DNA of 64,000 nucleotides, taken from positions 5,570 to 69,569 of the forward strand of contig CALBTX010000114.1 in NCBI GenBank assembly GCA_937967685.1. The letters run 5' to 3'. The DNA is from an uncultured Bacillaceae bacterium. GTDB lineage: Bacteria > Bacillota > Bacilli > Caldalkalibacillales > Caldalkalibacillaceae. How positions within the stretch are numbered: the stretch's first letter is position 1; the number at the start of each line of letters is the position of its first letter. This document shows positions 10,030-19,413 of this stretch, piece by piece. A model generated the notes under the pieces. It was not told where the DNA came from, searched no databases, and saw only the letters and a program-made list of their open reading frames with translations. The translations under genes and the position numbers were made by a program.

Positions 10030-10893
10030 ATGTCTTTAAAATTGAAAAATATGGGGATGGTGATCGTTGGCAGCGCCATATATGCCTTTGGCTTGAATTA
10101 TTTCAACATCGCCAACCAATTGGTCGAAGGCGGATTCACGGGCGTCACCCTTCTTCTCAAATATTTGTTTGGCTTGAATCCGGCGCTGTCCAACATTATT
10201 TTGAACTTGCCGATGTTCTTCATCGGCTTGCAAGTCCTCGGACGCCACGTCTTTATTTACACGATGCTCGGAACGTTTTCGCTTTCTTTTTTTCTCTGGC
10301 TGTTTCAAGATTTTCAGCTTGTTTTAGGGGATGATTTATTGCTGGCCGCCCTTTATGCGGGAGTGAGCGCCGGAATCGGCTTGGGCATCGTTTTTCGCTA
10401 CGGGGGAACAACCGGAGGGGTGGATATATTGGCCCGTCTGGCCAACAAATATATGGGCTGGAGTATCGGAACGACGATTTTTGTCTTCGATATTTTCGTC
10501 ATTTCCGCATCCCTATTATATTTAGACCATAAGGTTGCCATGTATACGATCATTGCCGTTTATGTCGGGGCACGAGTGATCGATTTCGTCCAGGAAGGCA
10601 CCCGGGCAGCCAAAGCGATTATGATCATTTCCGAAAATGCACCACGGATAGCCGATCAAATCATCAAGAATATGGATCGGGGAGCAACCGTTCTACAGGG
10701 AAGGGGAGGTTTTACCGGCCATGCCAGAGAAGTCCTTTATTGTGTCATCAGCCGTAACGAACTGATGCGCCTGAAAAATATCGTTCAACAGATAGATCCA
10801 TACGCATTTCTGACCGTGCATGATGTCAAAGATGTGCTCGGTGAAGGATTTACACATGATGAAAATAAACGGCCTTTAAGAGAAGATATATGA
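10030..10893 (+). CDS. ypjC: YitT-family membrane protein with C-terminal DUF2179 domain
   Basis: Multi-pass hydrophobic N-terminal region followed by a soluble C-terminal domain. It sits at the ypjC position. RBS AAAGGAGG lies upstream. Confidence 0.8.
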   Translation: MSLKLKNMGMVIVGSAIYAFGLNYFNIANQLVEGGFTGVTLLLKYLFGLNPALSNIILNLPMFFIGLQVLGRHVFIYTMLGTFSLSFFLWLFQDFQLVLGDDLLLAALYAGVSAGIGLGIVFRYGGTTGGVDILARLANKYMGWSIGTTIFVFDIFVISASLLYLDHKVAMYTIIAVYVGARVIDFVQEGTRAAKAIMIISENAPRIADQIIKNMDRGATVLQGRGGFTGHAREVLYCVISRNELMRLKNIVQQIDPYAFLTVHDVKDVLGEGFTHDENKRPLREDI

Positions 10894-10925
10894 TCATGAT
10901 GGGACAGAACGAAACGGAGCAAAGT

Positions 10926-10967
10926 AAAAAGCCTTGCCATTTCCTTTCCAGGAGGAAGCGCAAGGCT
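10926..10967 (-). terminator. Intrinsic terminator between convergent genes (U-tract on the minus strand)
   Basis: GCCTTGC ... GCAAGGC outer stem with an inner TTCCT/AGGAA helix. A T-run follows on the minus strand. Confidence 0.6.
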
Positions 10968-10991
10968 CAGGGATGAGCATATTCGCTCGTC

Positions 10992-11675
10992 TTATTCTTG
11001 TTGAGAAAGCGCGAAAAAATAGACGAGTCTAAGCAATTCCAACACAGCCGTCAAGGCGGCGGCAACATACGTCAGTGCAGCGGCATCAAGCACCTTGCGT
11101 GTTGAGCGTTCCTCTTCATTGCGGATAATCCCCGCGGAAACGACCTGTTGCATGGCCCTGGAGCTGGCGTTAAATTCCACGGGTAAAGTGATGACCTGGA
11201 ACAATACAGCCGCTGAGAAGAGAATTATACCCAACAGCAGCAAGCTAGAACCGAAACTACCGAAAAACAAGCCGGCGATGATGAGCGGAAAAGCGGCCAT
11301 CGTACCGAAATTGGCGACGGGCACCAAACTATGTCTGAAACGCAAAAAAGCGTAATCCTCCGCATCCTGTAACGCATGTCCGACCTCGTGGGCTGCAATG
11401 GCCGTGGCTGCCAGTGAATGTCCGTAATAATTTTCTTCCGACAAACGGACCACTTTGGCCTGAGGATCGTAATGGTCGGATAACTTGCCTTTCACCGGTT
11501 CCACGCCAATATTGAATAAGCCGTGGTCATCCAAAATTTGACGCGCCACCTGAGCCCCCGTCATTTGTGATGATGAGGCAACCTGTGAATAACGGCTGTA
11601 AGCGGAACGAACTTTGTATTGAGCATACAAAGCCAGGGCAAGAGCAGGGATGATGGTCAACATATAAATCAGCAC
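10992..11675 (-). CDS. Membrane zinc metallopeptidase (YugP-like, Zn_peptidase_2)
   Basis: HEVGHALQ zinc motif flanked by TM segments. B. subtilis has no such gene at this locus. Confidence 0.8.
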   Translation of the reverse strand: MLIYMLTIIPALALALYAQYKVRSAYSRYSQVASSSQMTGAQVARQILDDHGLFNIGVEPVKGKLSDHYDPQAKVVRLSEENYYGHSLAATAIAAHEVGHALQDAEDYAFLRFRHSLVPVANFGTMAAFPLIIAGLFFGSFGSSLLLLGIILFSAAVLFQVITLPVEFNASSRAMQQVVSAGIIRNEEERSTRKVLDAAALTYVAAALTAVLELLRLVYFFALSQQE

Positions 11676-11753
11676 GGTTCTTCCCCTCCTTCAAAATAAA
11701 CAAAATGATGATCGTAATTTTATTATAGTAGAAAGGTCAAAGTTAGTCAAACA

Positions 11754-12611
11754 CTAAGATTGATTAAATTCCCGCCATGAAACGGTTTGCCGTGCACGTT
11801 CTCCCTGATATTTTCTCCAACCGACATAACTTAATATCCCGCAAATAAACGTCCCCAAACCGACCATTAAAAACCAGAAAGATTTTTGGCTGTCGTTCTC
11901 AAGGAAAAAAGCGATGCGCACTTGCTCAAGAAGCGCATCCAACAATGCTTCCGTTCTTTCCTTATCCTGCCACAACTGACTTCTTTGCTCCGTTAAATAA
12001 GCCATTTGTGAATCCAGCTGTGTATACACACGCAAAGGATGGCTGACGATAATCGCCGGACGAACGAGTTCATAATGGACGGCCAAACGGTTTAAATGAG
12101 CAAAAAACGGATCCCGCTCCCCTTCTTTTAAAGCGTGCTGTAATTCCAAGATCACTTTTTCAATGGACGGATAATATTGCAGCCATAACGGCTCCTCTTG
12201 ATGAGCCACAGCATTTAAAGCCAATTTCATCGTCAACACTTTTTTTTGAACTTTCTGTTCATCTAAATCGGTCTCAGTGAGGGCATCTTTCGCTTGCAAC
12301 ATCGTTTCCAGTAATATATGAGCTTGTTCCGGATGTTGGACAAATTTCCCCAGTTTCAACTGCATCAATTCATCGGCCATGTTTTGCACCCGATTTTTGG
12401 CTGTGGCATAATCCTTCTTTTCAACCAAAGCGAGCACTTCACTGGCTTGCTCGTTTAAATCATACCATTTTTGATGCCATTGATCGTTGTTTTCTTCATT
12501 GGCCAATACGCCAGTCGGTGATAAAAAAAGAAATAGTCCACAGAGTAAAAGCGCCCAAACTAGGCGATCAAAAAAAGCAATCCGTTTTTGACGAACATTG
12601 AGCACACTCAT
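11754..12611 (-). CDS. ypjB: Sporulation protein YpjB
   Basis: Called on synteny (between ypjA and ypjC), a signal/TM N-terminus and a C-terminal TM segment. ATG at 12611 has a GGAGGG RBS. Confidence 0.75.
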   Translation of the reverse strand: MSVLNVRQKRIAFFDRLVWALLLCGLFLFLSPTGVLANEENNDQWHQKWYDLNEQASEVLALVEKKDYATAKNRVQNMADELMQLKLGKFVQHPEQAHILLETMLQAKDALTETDLDEQKVQKKVLTMKLALNAVAHQEEPLWLQYYPSIEKVILELQHALKEGERDPFFAHLNRLAVHYELVRPAIIVSHPLRVYTQLDSQMAYLTEQRSQLWQDKERTEALLDALLEQVRIAFFLENDSQKSFWFLMVGLGTFICGILSYVGWRKYQGERARQTVSWREFNQS

Positions 12612-12667
12612 CCCGATCCCTCCTAAAAACATCGTATGGGACAAGGGACAAGTTTAGACCACTTTTT

Positions 12668-13276
12668 CTAAATTCGTGTGCTGACCTTTTGCCTCCGGTT
12701 GCGAACCACACCGAAATAAAAGATCAACAAGCAGATCAGACTTAAACTGACGGTAAACAGATAAACAAAGTCTAAATATGGATGGAGACGGGCATCAAGC
12801 CAGGGAAAAATGCCAAGTGTATAATCCATGATATCATTACTTAACGTCCACATGGCAATCAGTACCAAATGACGTAGCCCGAAGGAAAAATGGGGGATGT
12901 ACAGCAAAGCCTGCAAGGCCATGCCGAGGTGGGAGACAAGCAGCATGTAATGCTGCCAATTCAAAGTGCCGCCCAGTACAGCCGTTGATATAATCATCAC
13001 TGACGCCCAGATGCCATATTTAACTAACGTCACAGCGCTGAACGCTTCCACATATCGCCATGTTTTTCCAGCGAGAAATGCACCCAGTACAAGCGTGAAA
13101 AACAAGCTGGCTGTCGGACTGTCAGGGACAAAAGGCCACAAATAAACAGGCGTGGACAGCAGTTGGTTTTTATACCAGAAATAGCCATAAACCGTACCGA
13201 TGAGATTGACGGCGAATAACAACCATAAGGCGCTGGGCTGAGAGAGCCAATGAATCAACCATTTCCAATAGGTCAA
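12668..13276 (-). CDS. ypjA: DUF1405 integral membrane protein
   Basis: Polytopic membrane protein immediately downstream of qcrC, as in B. subtilis. Confidence 0.75.
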   Translation of the reverse strand: MTYWKWLIHWLSQPSALWLLFAVNLIGTVYGYFWYKNQLLSTPVYLWPFVPDSPTASLFFTLVLGAFLAGKTWRYVEAFSAVTLVKYGIWASVMIISTAVLGGTLNWQHYMLLVSHLGMALQALLYIPHFSFGLRHLVLIAMWTLSNDIMDYTLGIFPWLDARLHPYLDFVYLFTVSLSLICLLIFYFGVVRNRRQKVSTRI

Positions 13277-13302
13277 AACAATACCCCTACTTTCCCAAAG
13301 TG

Positions 13303-13332
13303 TAAAAAAGCTGACTTAAATAAAGTCAGCTT
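13303..13332 (-). terminator. Intrinsic terminator of the qcr operon
   Basis: On the minus strand: AGCTGACTT-tattt-AAGTCAGCT (9-bp perfect stem) followed by TTTTT. Confidence 0.75.
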
Positions 13333-13433
13333 GCACAAGTCATGCATGTATTTCTCCATGTCATTTTTCTAAGACGGTTTGTCAATGTCGATCTGTTCAA
13401 GTGAACGCCAAAAGTGATACGCAGCACGGCAAC

Positions 13434-14282
13434 TTAATCGCCTTCGCCGTTCCCATCAGCGCTTCCTTCTTCATCGGAAGCATCGCCTGACGGCGCTGCA
13501 TCAGTCCCTAACGAGACCAGCCATTCCACCAATATGTCCAGTTCTTCCTCGGAACCTTCAAATTGGCCAGGCGGCATCTCACCGATACCATTCTCAATCA
13601 AGTCGCGAACGCCGTCTGCATCATATTTCGCTCCGGCATCGAAAATAGGCGGTCCAACCGCTCCCTGCAACTGATCACCGTGGCAGGCAATACATGATTG
13701 GGCGGCGTAAATTTGGTATCCCTCTTCGCTTGTGTCGATTTCAACATTTTGAGCCGGGCTGTCATGGGCGTAGCGCTCTTCCTGTTCCCAGTTATGGCCC
13801 TCAGCCGCTTGGTACGTCAGAATAAACAGAGAGATAATCGTCATGAACATCAATCCCGAAGCAATCGGGCGTTTATACCAGCGGCGTTCGGGACCCGGAT
13901 CAAGCCAAGGCGCCAGCAATAAAGCCCCGACCGCTAAACCTGGAATAATCACCGTTCCAATGACTGTATACGGTCCGGAAGCGTATGTATACTTTAACAC
14001 TTCATACAGAAACAGAAAATACCAGTCAGGTATTGGACTGTAATTCGTGTCCGTCGGATCGGCAATCACTTGCAGAGGTGGTTCATGAGAAACGGTTAAG
14101 ATCAAAAAACCGATCAAAACGACGGCCCCAACCATCCATTCTTTGAGTAAGAAGTTGGGCCAAAACGGTTCCGTTTTACCCGGATATTCGGAGTAATCTT
14201 TCGGATAATTGGGCGTTCTTTGAGCACGGATCCGTGAATCGCCCACATACTTCACATCTTTATGATCATCATGACCGGCCAT
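13434..14282 (-). CDS. qcrC: Menaquinol-cytochrome c reductase, cytochrome b/c subunit
   Basis: N-terminal subunit-IV-like TM region plus a C-terminal CIACHG heme c site. Confidence 0.93.
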   Translation of the reverse strand: MAGHDDHKDVKYVGDSRIRAQRTPNYPKDYSEYPGKTEPFWPNFLLKEWMVGAVVLIGFLILTVSHEPPLQVIADPTDTNYSPIPDWYFLFLYEVLKYTYASGPYTVIGTVIIPGLAVGALLLAPWLDPGPERRWYKRPIASGLMFMTIISLFILTYQAAEGHNWEQEERYAHDSPAQNVEIDTSEEGYQIYAAQSCIACHGDQLQGAVGPPIFDAGAKYDADGVRDLIENGIGEMPPGQFEGSEEELDILVEWLVSLGTDAAPSGDASDEEGSADGNGEGD

Positions 14283-14315
14283 GTTTGGTCCCCCCTATCT
14301 AGAAAGCAATGCATT

Positions 14316-14987
14316 TTATAGTGGTCCGGATATTCCTTGTCTGCGAATCATAATAAAATGAGCCGCCAATAAGGCCATTAATGCAGCTGGCAGGAAAAAC
14401 ACATGTATTGCAAAGAAACGCGTTAATGTTTCAGCACCCAAAATGGTTCCACCTGTTAACAGGTCTTCCGCCAAACCGCCGATAACAGGGATGCTGGCCG
14501 CGATTTCAACCCCGACAGACGTGGCAAAATAGGCCTTCATGTCCCAGGGCAATAAATAACCGGTAAAACCTAAGCCCAGGATGACCAGGAAAAGAAGGAC
14601 ACCAACAACCCAATTCAATTCCCGTGGTTTCTTATAAGCACCGGTAAAGAAGACCCTTAAAGTATGTAGGAACATAAGGACGATCACAACGCTTGCTCCC
14701 CAATGATGCATTCCGCGCACAATCGCGCCGAAGGCGACTTCGTTTTGCAAATACATCACCGAGGCGTGTGCATTAACAATGTCGGGTACATAGTACATCG
14801 TCAAAAACATCCCCGATAAAAATTGAATGACGACGATAAAAAATGTCAAGCCGCCGAAACAGTACACAAACGCCGAAAAATGATGAGCCGGGTTGACGTG
14901 TTCCGGAACTTCATGGTCGGCTATATCTCGCCACATCGGCGTAATATCCAGACGTTCGTCCACCCAATCGTACAATTTTTGCAGCAT
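14316..14987 (-). CDS. qcrB: Menaquinol-cytochrome c reductase, cytochrome b subunit
   Basis: Cytochrome b6-type sequence (GGLTFF...RGMHHWGAS). Confidence 0.95.
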   Translation of the reverse strand: MLQKLYDWVDERLDITPMWRDIADHEVPEHVNPAHHFSAFVYCFGGLTFFIVVIQFLSGMFLTMYYVPDIVNAHASVMYLQNEVAFGAIVRGMHHWGASVVIVLMFLHTLRVFFTGAYKKPRELNWVVGVLLFLVILGLGFTGYLLPWDMKAYFATSVGVEIAASIPVIGGLAEDLLTGGTILGAETLTRFFAIHVFFLPAALMALLAAHFIMIRRQGISGPL

Positions 14988-14990
14988 TCG

Positions 14991-15527
14991 TTACAACTCC
15001 TCTCGAGGGACAGCTTTACCTAAATATAATGTCCCTTTGTCGTCCACTTTATATTGGTAGACATCCAGCGGCGCGGTTGGTGGTGTTCCGGGCACATTGA
15101 TACCGTCTTTCGTGTACAGGCCGTCATGGCACGGGCAGTAAAAATGTTCGGGATAGTCTTCATGCGTATCCCATTGGACGGTACAGCCGAGGTGTTTGCA
15201 AATCGGAGACAAGGCCAAAACTTCCCGTTCCCCTTTATCATTTTCGAAAACGGAGATCCATGCCGTTTGAGGAAGTTCATACTCTGCCCAGCCGTCTTTT
15301 ACCGGGAACTGAAAATCCTCACGGGTCGGCTCCGGTCCGTATTTGGAGATATCACCGATAGCGACCATGTCCGTCTCCTCATCCACTTTAAGGACAGGAT
15401 CGATAGCAAATCTCAACATGGGGGTAATTGTTCCTGCGACCAAGAAACCTCCTACGCCCATTAACGTATAGTTGAGAAATTGTCTTCTTGATACATCATT
15501 CGTCTTTTGTTGATCATTCTCGCTCAT
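14991..15527 (-). CDS. qcrA: Menaquinol-cytochrome c reductase, Rieske iron-sulfur subunit
   Basis: CKHLGC ... CPCHDG Rieske boxes and a Tat-like RRQFL N-terminus. Confidence 0.95.
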   Translation of the reverse strand: MSENDQQKTNDVSRRQFLNYTLMGVGGFLVAGTITPMLRFAIDPVLKVDEETDMVAIGDISKYGPEPTREDFQFPVKDGWAEYELPQTAWISVFENDKGEREVLALSPICKHLGCTVQWDTHEDYPEHFYCPCHDGLYTKDGINVPGTPPTAPLDVYQYKVDDKGTLYLGKAVPREEL

Positions 15528-15656
15528 CCTCTAAACCTCCCTCAACTTGTCAATCAACCCCTTGGGCAGGAAACGCGATACCACATCTTAGGACATAATC
15601 ATGATAGCCCAAGCTTATCATTGCGTCAAGAATATCATGTGCCAAAACAGGGAATC

Positions 15657-16121
15657 TTAATTCATCTTTTCGCTATTTTTCCAAAAACGGATTAAATGCT
15701 GAACCAATTGTTGTGCACATTGGTTTACTATTGTGCTAGACAAATCAAGTTCGTCTTCCTCGAAAGTCGGTATAAGCAAGCGAGCATCCAGGCGCTCTTC
15801 CCGATCCCGCCAAGTTTCATCCAAAGTCAGGCAAACGATATGTTGAAAATGGTTCTCGCGCAAAACCCTAAAATATGTATTGGCATTGTCAATCAGGGGT
15901 CCATCATCTTCAAAGCCGGTATAAGAAAATGCGGGAAAAAGCATCATCCGTCCAGTCAGTTGTTCTTCCAAAGCATTGGCCACTCGCACAAGCCATGTTG
16001 CTTTTGTCACTGACTCGCGCAGCTGATCCCCCGCCAAAACCTGTACGAAAGGAATGACGGCGGTATCTATATACGCTTGATGCTGGATAAACGTGTCAAC
16101 GGATGAGACATCCCATTTCAT
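15657..16121 (-). CDS. ypiF: YpiF-family protein
   Basis: Called on synteny next to qcrA. ATG at 16121 has GGAGGA 6 nt upstream. Confidence 0.7.
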   Translation of the reverse strand: MKWDVSSVDTFIQHQAYIDTAVIPFVQVLAGDQLRESVTKATWLVRVANALEEQLTGRMMLFPAFSYTGFEDDGPLIDNANTYFRVLRENHFQHIVCLTLDETWRDREERLDARLLIPTFEEDELDLSSTIVNQCAQQLVQHLIRFWKNSEKMN

Positions 16122-16272
16122 TTCAATTCCTCCAACGAGGCGATAAATCTGTTTTTCCCGTTCAAGCAAGGGTCAGAAATGCCATTTCATAAAGAATACC
16201 CGATCTTGGACCGGGTAGCAATAACGTGGTACAAAAGTACATAAAAAATTCACAAGTTTTATAGTTATACGC

Positions 16273-16304
16273 GATTCACTCTCGATTATACTCGGTTCAT
16301 TCTC
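16273..16304. repeat. 11-nt tandem repeat x3 just downstream of the ypiB stop
   Basis: Plus strand reads gattcactctc / gattatactc / ggttcattctc. The reverse complement resembles the last codons of ypiB (GATGATGAGTC). Confidence 0.6.
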
Positions 16305-16314
16305 AATGTTGACA

Positions 16315-16866
16315 TCACGACTCATCATCCCGCAATTGTTTCAGGCGCTGGCTTAAACGTAGAAATGTTTCGCGATCGCGCTTTTCCAACGAACGGTCAA
16401 TCTTTGCATATAACTGTTTTATTTCAAATTTTTCTAACGCTTCGTCCAATACCATGTCGGCTAATAAACTGTACAAAGTATTTGTGCGGACTCGATCTTG
16501 CGCTGAAAAAATGGATTCGCAGACGGCGGCATACTCAGGACACTGTTCGGATTTCGTGAATATGAGCTTAATAAAAATGTCCTCATCCGGGTTCAAACGT
16601 AGATCATGAAACGCTTTTTGAACATCAGAACTGATGATTTTTCCTTTTTTGAATTGAAAAGGCAGCCCTTTGATCCCTTTGGCAGAGATCACAATCGACC
16701 GGTGAACGTTGGTAATGTCATCGACAAAGCGGACTTTCTCCAACAACTTGTCCTCGGACATCAAGTAGGTCAGCAACCATGCGCATTCTTTCTTTTGTAA
16801 TTCATGGTTCTTGAGAAACCAGTCCACAAACGATCTCTTCTCCGCATTCGTAATCATCGGATTCAT
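16315..16866 (-). CDS. ypiB: UPF0302 protein YpiB
   Basis: MNPMITNAEKRSFVDWFLKNHELQKKECAWLL is typical of UPF0302/IDEAL-domain proteins. Synteny supports the call. Confidence 0.85.
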   Translation of the reverse strand: MNPMITNAEKRSFVDWFLKNHELQKKECAWLLTYLMSEDKLLEKVRFVDDITNVHRSIVISAKGIKGLPFQFKKGKIISSDVQKAFHDLRLNPDEDIFIKLIFTKSEQCPEYAAVCESIFSAQDRVRTNTLYSLLADMVLDEALEKFEIKQLYAKIDRSLEKRDRETFLRLSQRLKQLRDDES

Positions 16867-16920
16867 GACCCGTCTACCTCCCCTGTTCAGAGTGAGTGGC
16901 AGTGTTATATTATACATATT

Positions 16921-18006
16921 CTATTCGCCAAAAAAATTCCCTGCTTTTTTCCGGACATAGTGCCGCTCTGATTGAGCATGGACGCCGATTTGAATGAGAC
17001 CTAAATGCAGAAGCATTTGAATGATTCTTTCCCGAAAAATCGTCGGGACATCATCATAATAGTAACTTGAGATCCACGGAGAGATGGCATTGTAAAGCTT
17101 GTCAGTGGATATCCACTGCTGCAAAAGAACGGCATTCATCCAGTGAACAAGAAAAGGCAATGTCGGGAGAGGTTTGCCATACGTCTTCAGCCAGTAATGA
17201 AAACAGTCTTTTTGCTGCACTCGAAATAAAAGGGACGGATCAGTGAGCTTTGCATGCCCTGCCTCAGTGATATCAAGCCCGCCGGGCTCCTCTCGAATCC
17301 AGCCTCGGTCATAACTGAAGTCATAGATGAAGGCAAATCGGTTCGGGTAGAAAGGAAACCGTCTGCCATATCCAAAACGCCACGGTCGTCCTTCCACCAA
17401 TTGTTCCGCAACGCGCAATTTCTTCATTAACTGGTGTTGAAATCGCTTATGGAGCACACCTTCTTTCGTCAGTGGCGGACGCTTCTCGGCCACGAAGTGT
17501 AACCATGTTTTTAAATCATGCAGGAGAGACCGTTCTTCGTCTCTCACTGTCAGCCGGGCGGGTTCCGCATCAGGCAGATCGAATGCCCTTTGCCAAGCGC
17601 GAATGAACTGTTGCTGCAGAAACGGCCTGAAATCTTCCGGAATCTCATATTGAATGTGAAATTTGGTAGAGACAGGAAAAAGCCAGCCACTGTGGACGAG
17701 GCGAGCGATCCATGCCTTCGGTGAACCTTTTAAATCAAGCAGCTTTTGGATCAATGTTCCTTTCCCCATTAATTCTTCCAAACTGAACCAAGCTTTCGGC
17801 TGGAAAAGCAAATACGTCATCACATAAAAAATTTCTCGATCCAGTGTGGCAAACAAACGTTCATAGTTTCCGCTGTCTAGCATTTCATAATGAATGGTTT
17901 GGACAAGGTCAAGCTTGGAATGACGGTTGCAATCGCAGGCATAACGACCGGCGATTGCCCTCAAATCGGCCACATCTAGGTTCAGCAGATATTCCGATAG
18001 TTTCAT
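16921..18006 (-). CDS. Uncharacterised 361-aa soluble protein inserted between ypiB and ypiA
   Basis: Long ORF in the operon orientation. I recognised no motif. It is rich in W/F/Y and basic residues. Confidence 0.75.
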   Translation of the reverse strand: MKLSEYLLNLDVADLRAIAGRYACDCNRHSKLDLVQTIHYEMLDSGNYERLFATLDREIFYVMTYLLFQPKAWFSLEELMGKGTLIQKLLDLKGSPKAWIARLVHSGWLFPVSTKFHIQYEIPEDFRPFLQQQFIRAWQRAFDLPDAEPARLTVRDEERSLLHDLKTWLHFVAEKRPPLTKEGVLHKRFQHQLMKKLRVAEQLVEGRPWRFGYGRRFPFYPNRFAFIYDFSYDRGWIREEPGGLDITEAGHAKLTDPSLLFRVQQKDCFHYWLKTYGKPLPTLPFLVHWMNAVLLQQWISTDKLYNAISPWISSYYYDDVPTIFRERIIQMLLHLGLIQIGVHAQSERHYVRKKAGNFFGE

Positions 18007-18056
18007 CCCGTCACCTCACAACCCCGGAAGTTAGTTCTAGTATGGGTCGTGACGGG

Positions 18057-18104
18057 AACGCTTATGCTTCGGATCTGAAAAACGCTTATGCTTCGGATCT
18101 GAAA
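18057..18104. repeat. Perfect 24-nt tandem duplication straddling the ypiA stop codon
   Basis: aacgcttatgcttcggatctgaaa occurs twice (18057-18080 and 18081-18104). The stop TAA is at 18086-18088, inside copy 2. Confidence 0.95.
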
Positions 18105-19330
18105 ATCATATCCCGGATGTCTTCTTGTTCAGGATTTATTTGCAATGATTTTCTCCATAATGCCAAGGCTTCTTGTACTTGTCCCTCATTGCGCAACAAG
18201 AACGCCAAATGGTTCAACGCCTCCGTGTCTTGTGCATTCGCCCGGACGGCCGCACGGTAACTCTGTTCCGCTTTGTCCCACTGTTCAAGCTCTTCATACA
18301 ACAGACCTTTGTGCACATGGATATCACTGCGCCCCGGCGAAATATCCGCCAATCGTTCCAAATAGCGCAAACTTGCTTCAAGGTCCCCTTCATCTTTTAA
18401 GAGCAGGGCCATCTTTTCCAGTGCGGCGATGTTGGCCGGATCTTTATCTAAAGCGAGTTGCAGCTGTTCCTTAGCCTGGTGTTTTGCTCCGGTCTGTATG
18501 GCCAATTTTGCCTTTAACTCGTTTAGGCGGGCGTTCGTATCATCATATTTCAGGCCTTCTTCCACAACAGACAAAGCCCGTTCGGTGTCTCCTTCATGCA
18601 TATATGCTTCGACGAGAAACGGATACAAGGAAGTATAGTGGGGATCGGCATCTTTTAAACGGTTTAAGGCGGAAATCACGGATGGCCATTTGCGCATTTG
18701 AAAAGCGACCAGGGCATAACCAAACAACAGATCAGGTGTCTCCGTTCGTTCCATGGCCTCTTCGTAATATGCCAGCGCCTCTTCAAACCGGCCTAGGTGG
18801 GCGCAACAATCCGCCATTTTGGCATAATCAGGCTGAGTGCTTTGTTCAAAACATTCCAAGGCCAGCGCGTATTTTTCCTGTTCATAAAACACTTCACCTA
18901 ACGCCTGTTTTAAAATCGGTTGATCGGAATGTGACTGTAATGCTTCTTTAATTTTCATTTCGGCCACTTCAAATAAACCTTCGGACAAATAGATGTCGGC
19001 CGCGAGCAGGACGGCCCGGACAGCATCATCTTCTTCCTCGTCAATATGCCTTAACAATTCAAGGGCATCTTCATTTCGATCCGCTTCCATATAAAGTTCG
19101 GCCAGGGTTAAAATCAGTTCGGGCTCGTCAGGATATCGCGCATGCAACGTTTCCATGACGCTCAGCGCCTCGTCTAAAAAACCGTAGCGGTACAAAAACT
19201 GAGCTACTTCAAAACGCAAATCATCCGTCATTTGCGGGTGATCCAGCAGTCTTCGGATTTCCTCCACCCCTTCGGTGCTGTCGCCGAATTCAACCTTATT
19301 GAAATGCTTTTGAATTTCCTCGATAATCAT
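18086..19330 (-). CDS. ypiA: TPR-repeat protein YpiA
   Basis: Multiple TPR units (e.g. EALALWRKSLQINP) at the ypiA synteny position. Confidence 0.88.
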   Translation of the reverse strand: MIIEEIQKHFNKVEFGDSTEGVEEIRRLLDHPQMTDDLRFEVAQFLYRYGFLDEALSVMETLHARYPDEPELILTLAELYMEADRNEDALELLRHIDEEEDDAVRAVLLAADIYLSEGLFEVAEMKIKEALQSHSDQPILKQALGEVFYEQEKYALALECFEQSTQPDYAKMADCCAHLGRFEEALAYYEEAMERTETPDLLFGYALVAFQMRKWPSVISALNRLKDADPHYTSLYPFLVEAYMHEGDTERALSVVEEGLKYDDTNARLNELKAKLAIQTGAKHQAKEQLQLALDKDPANIAALEKMALLLKDEGDLEASLRYLERLADISPGRSDIHVHKGLLYEELEQWDKAEQSYRAAVRANAQDTEALNHLAFLLRNEGQVQEALALWRKSLQINPEQEDIRDMIFRSEA

Positions 19331-19413
19331 TTGCTTAAACCCCTTTAATGGTGTTCATGCGTATCATTGTGCACAAACTTGCAATGGCGTTCAATCCGTG
19401 TCTCAACGTCATA

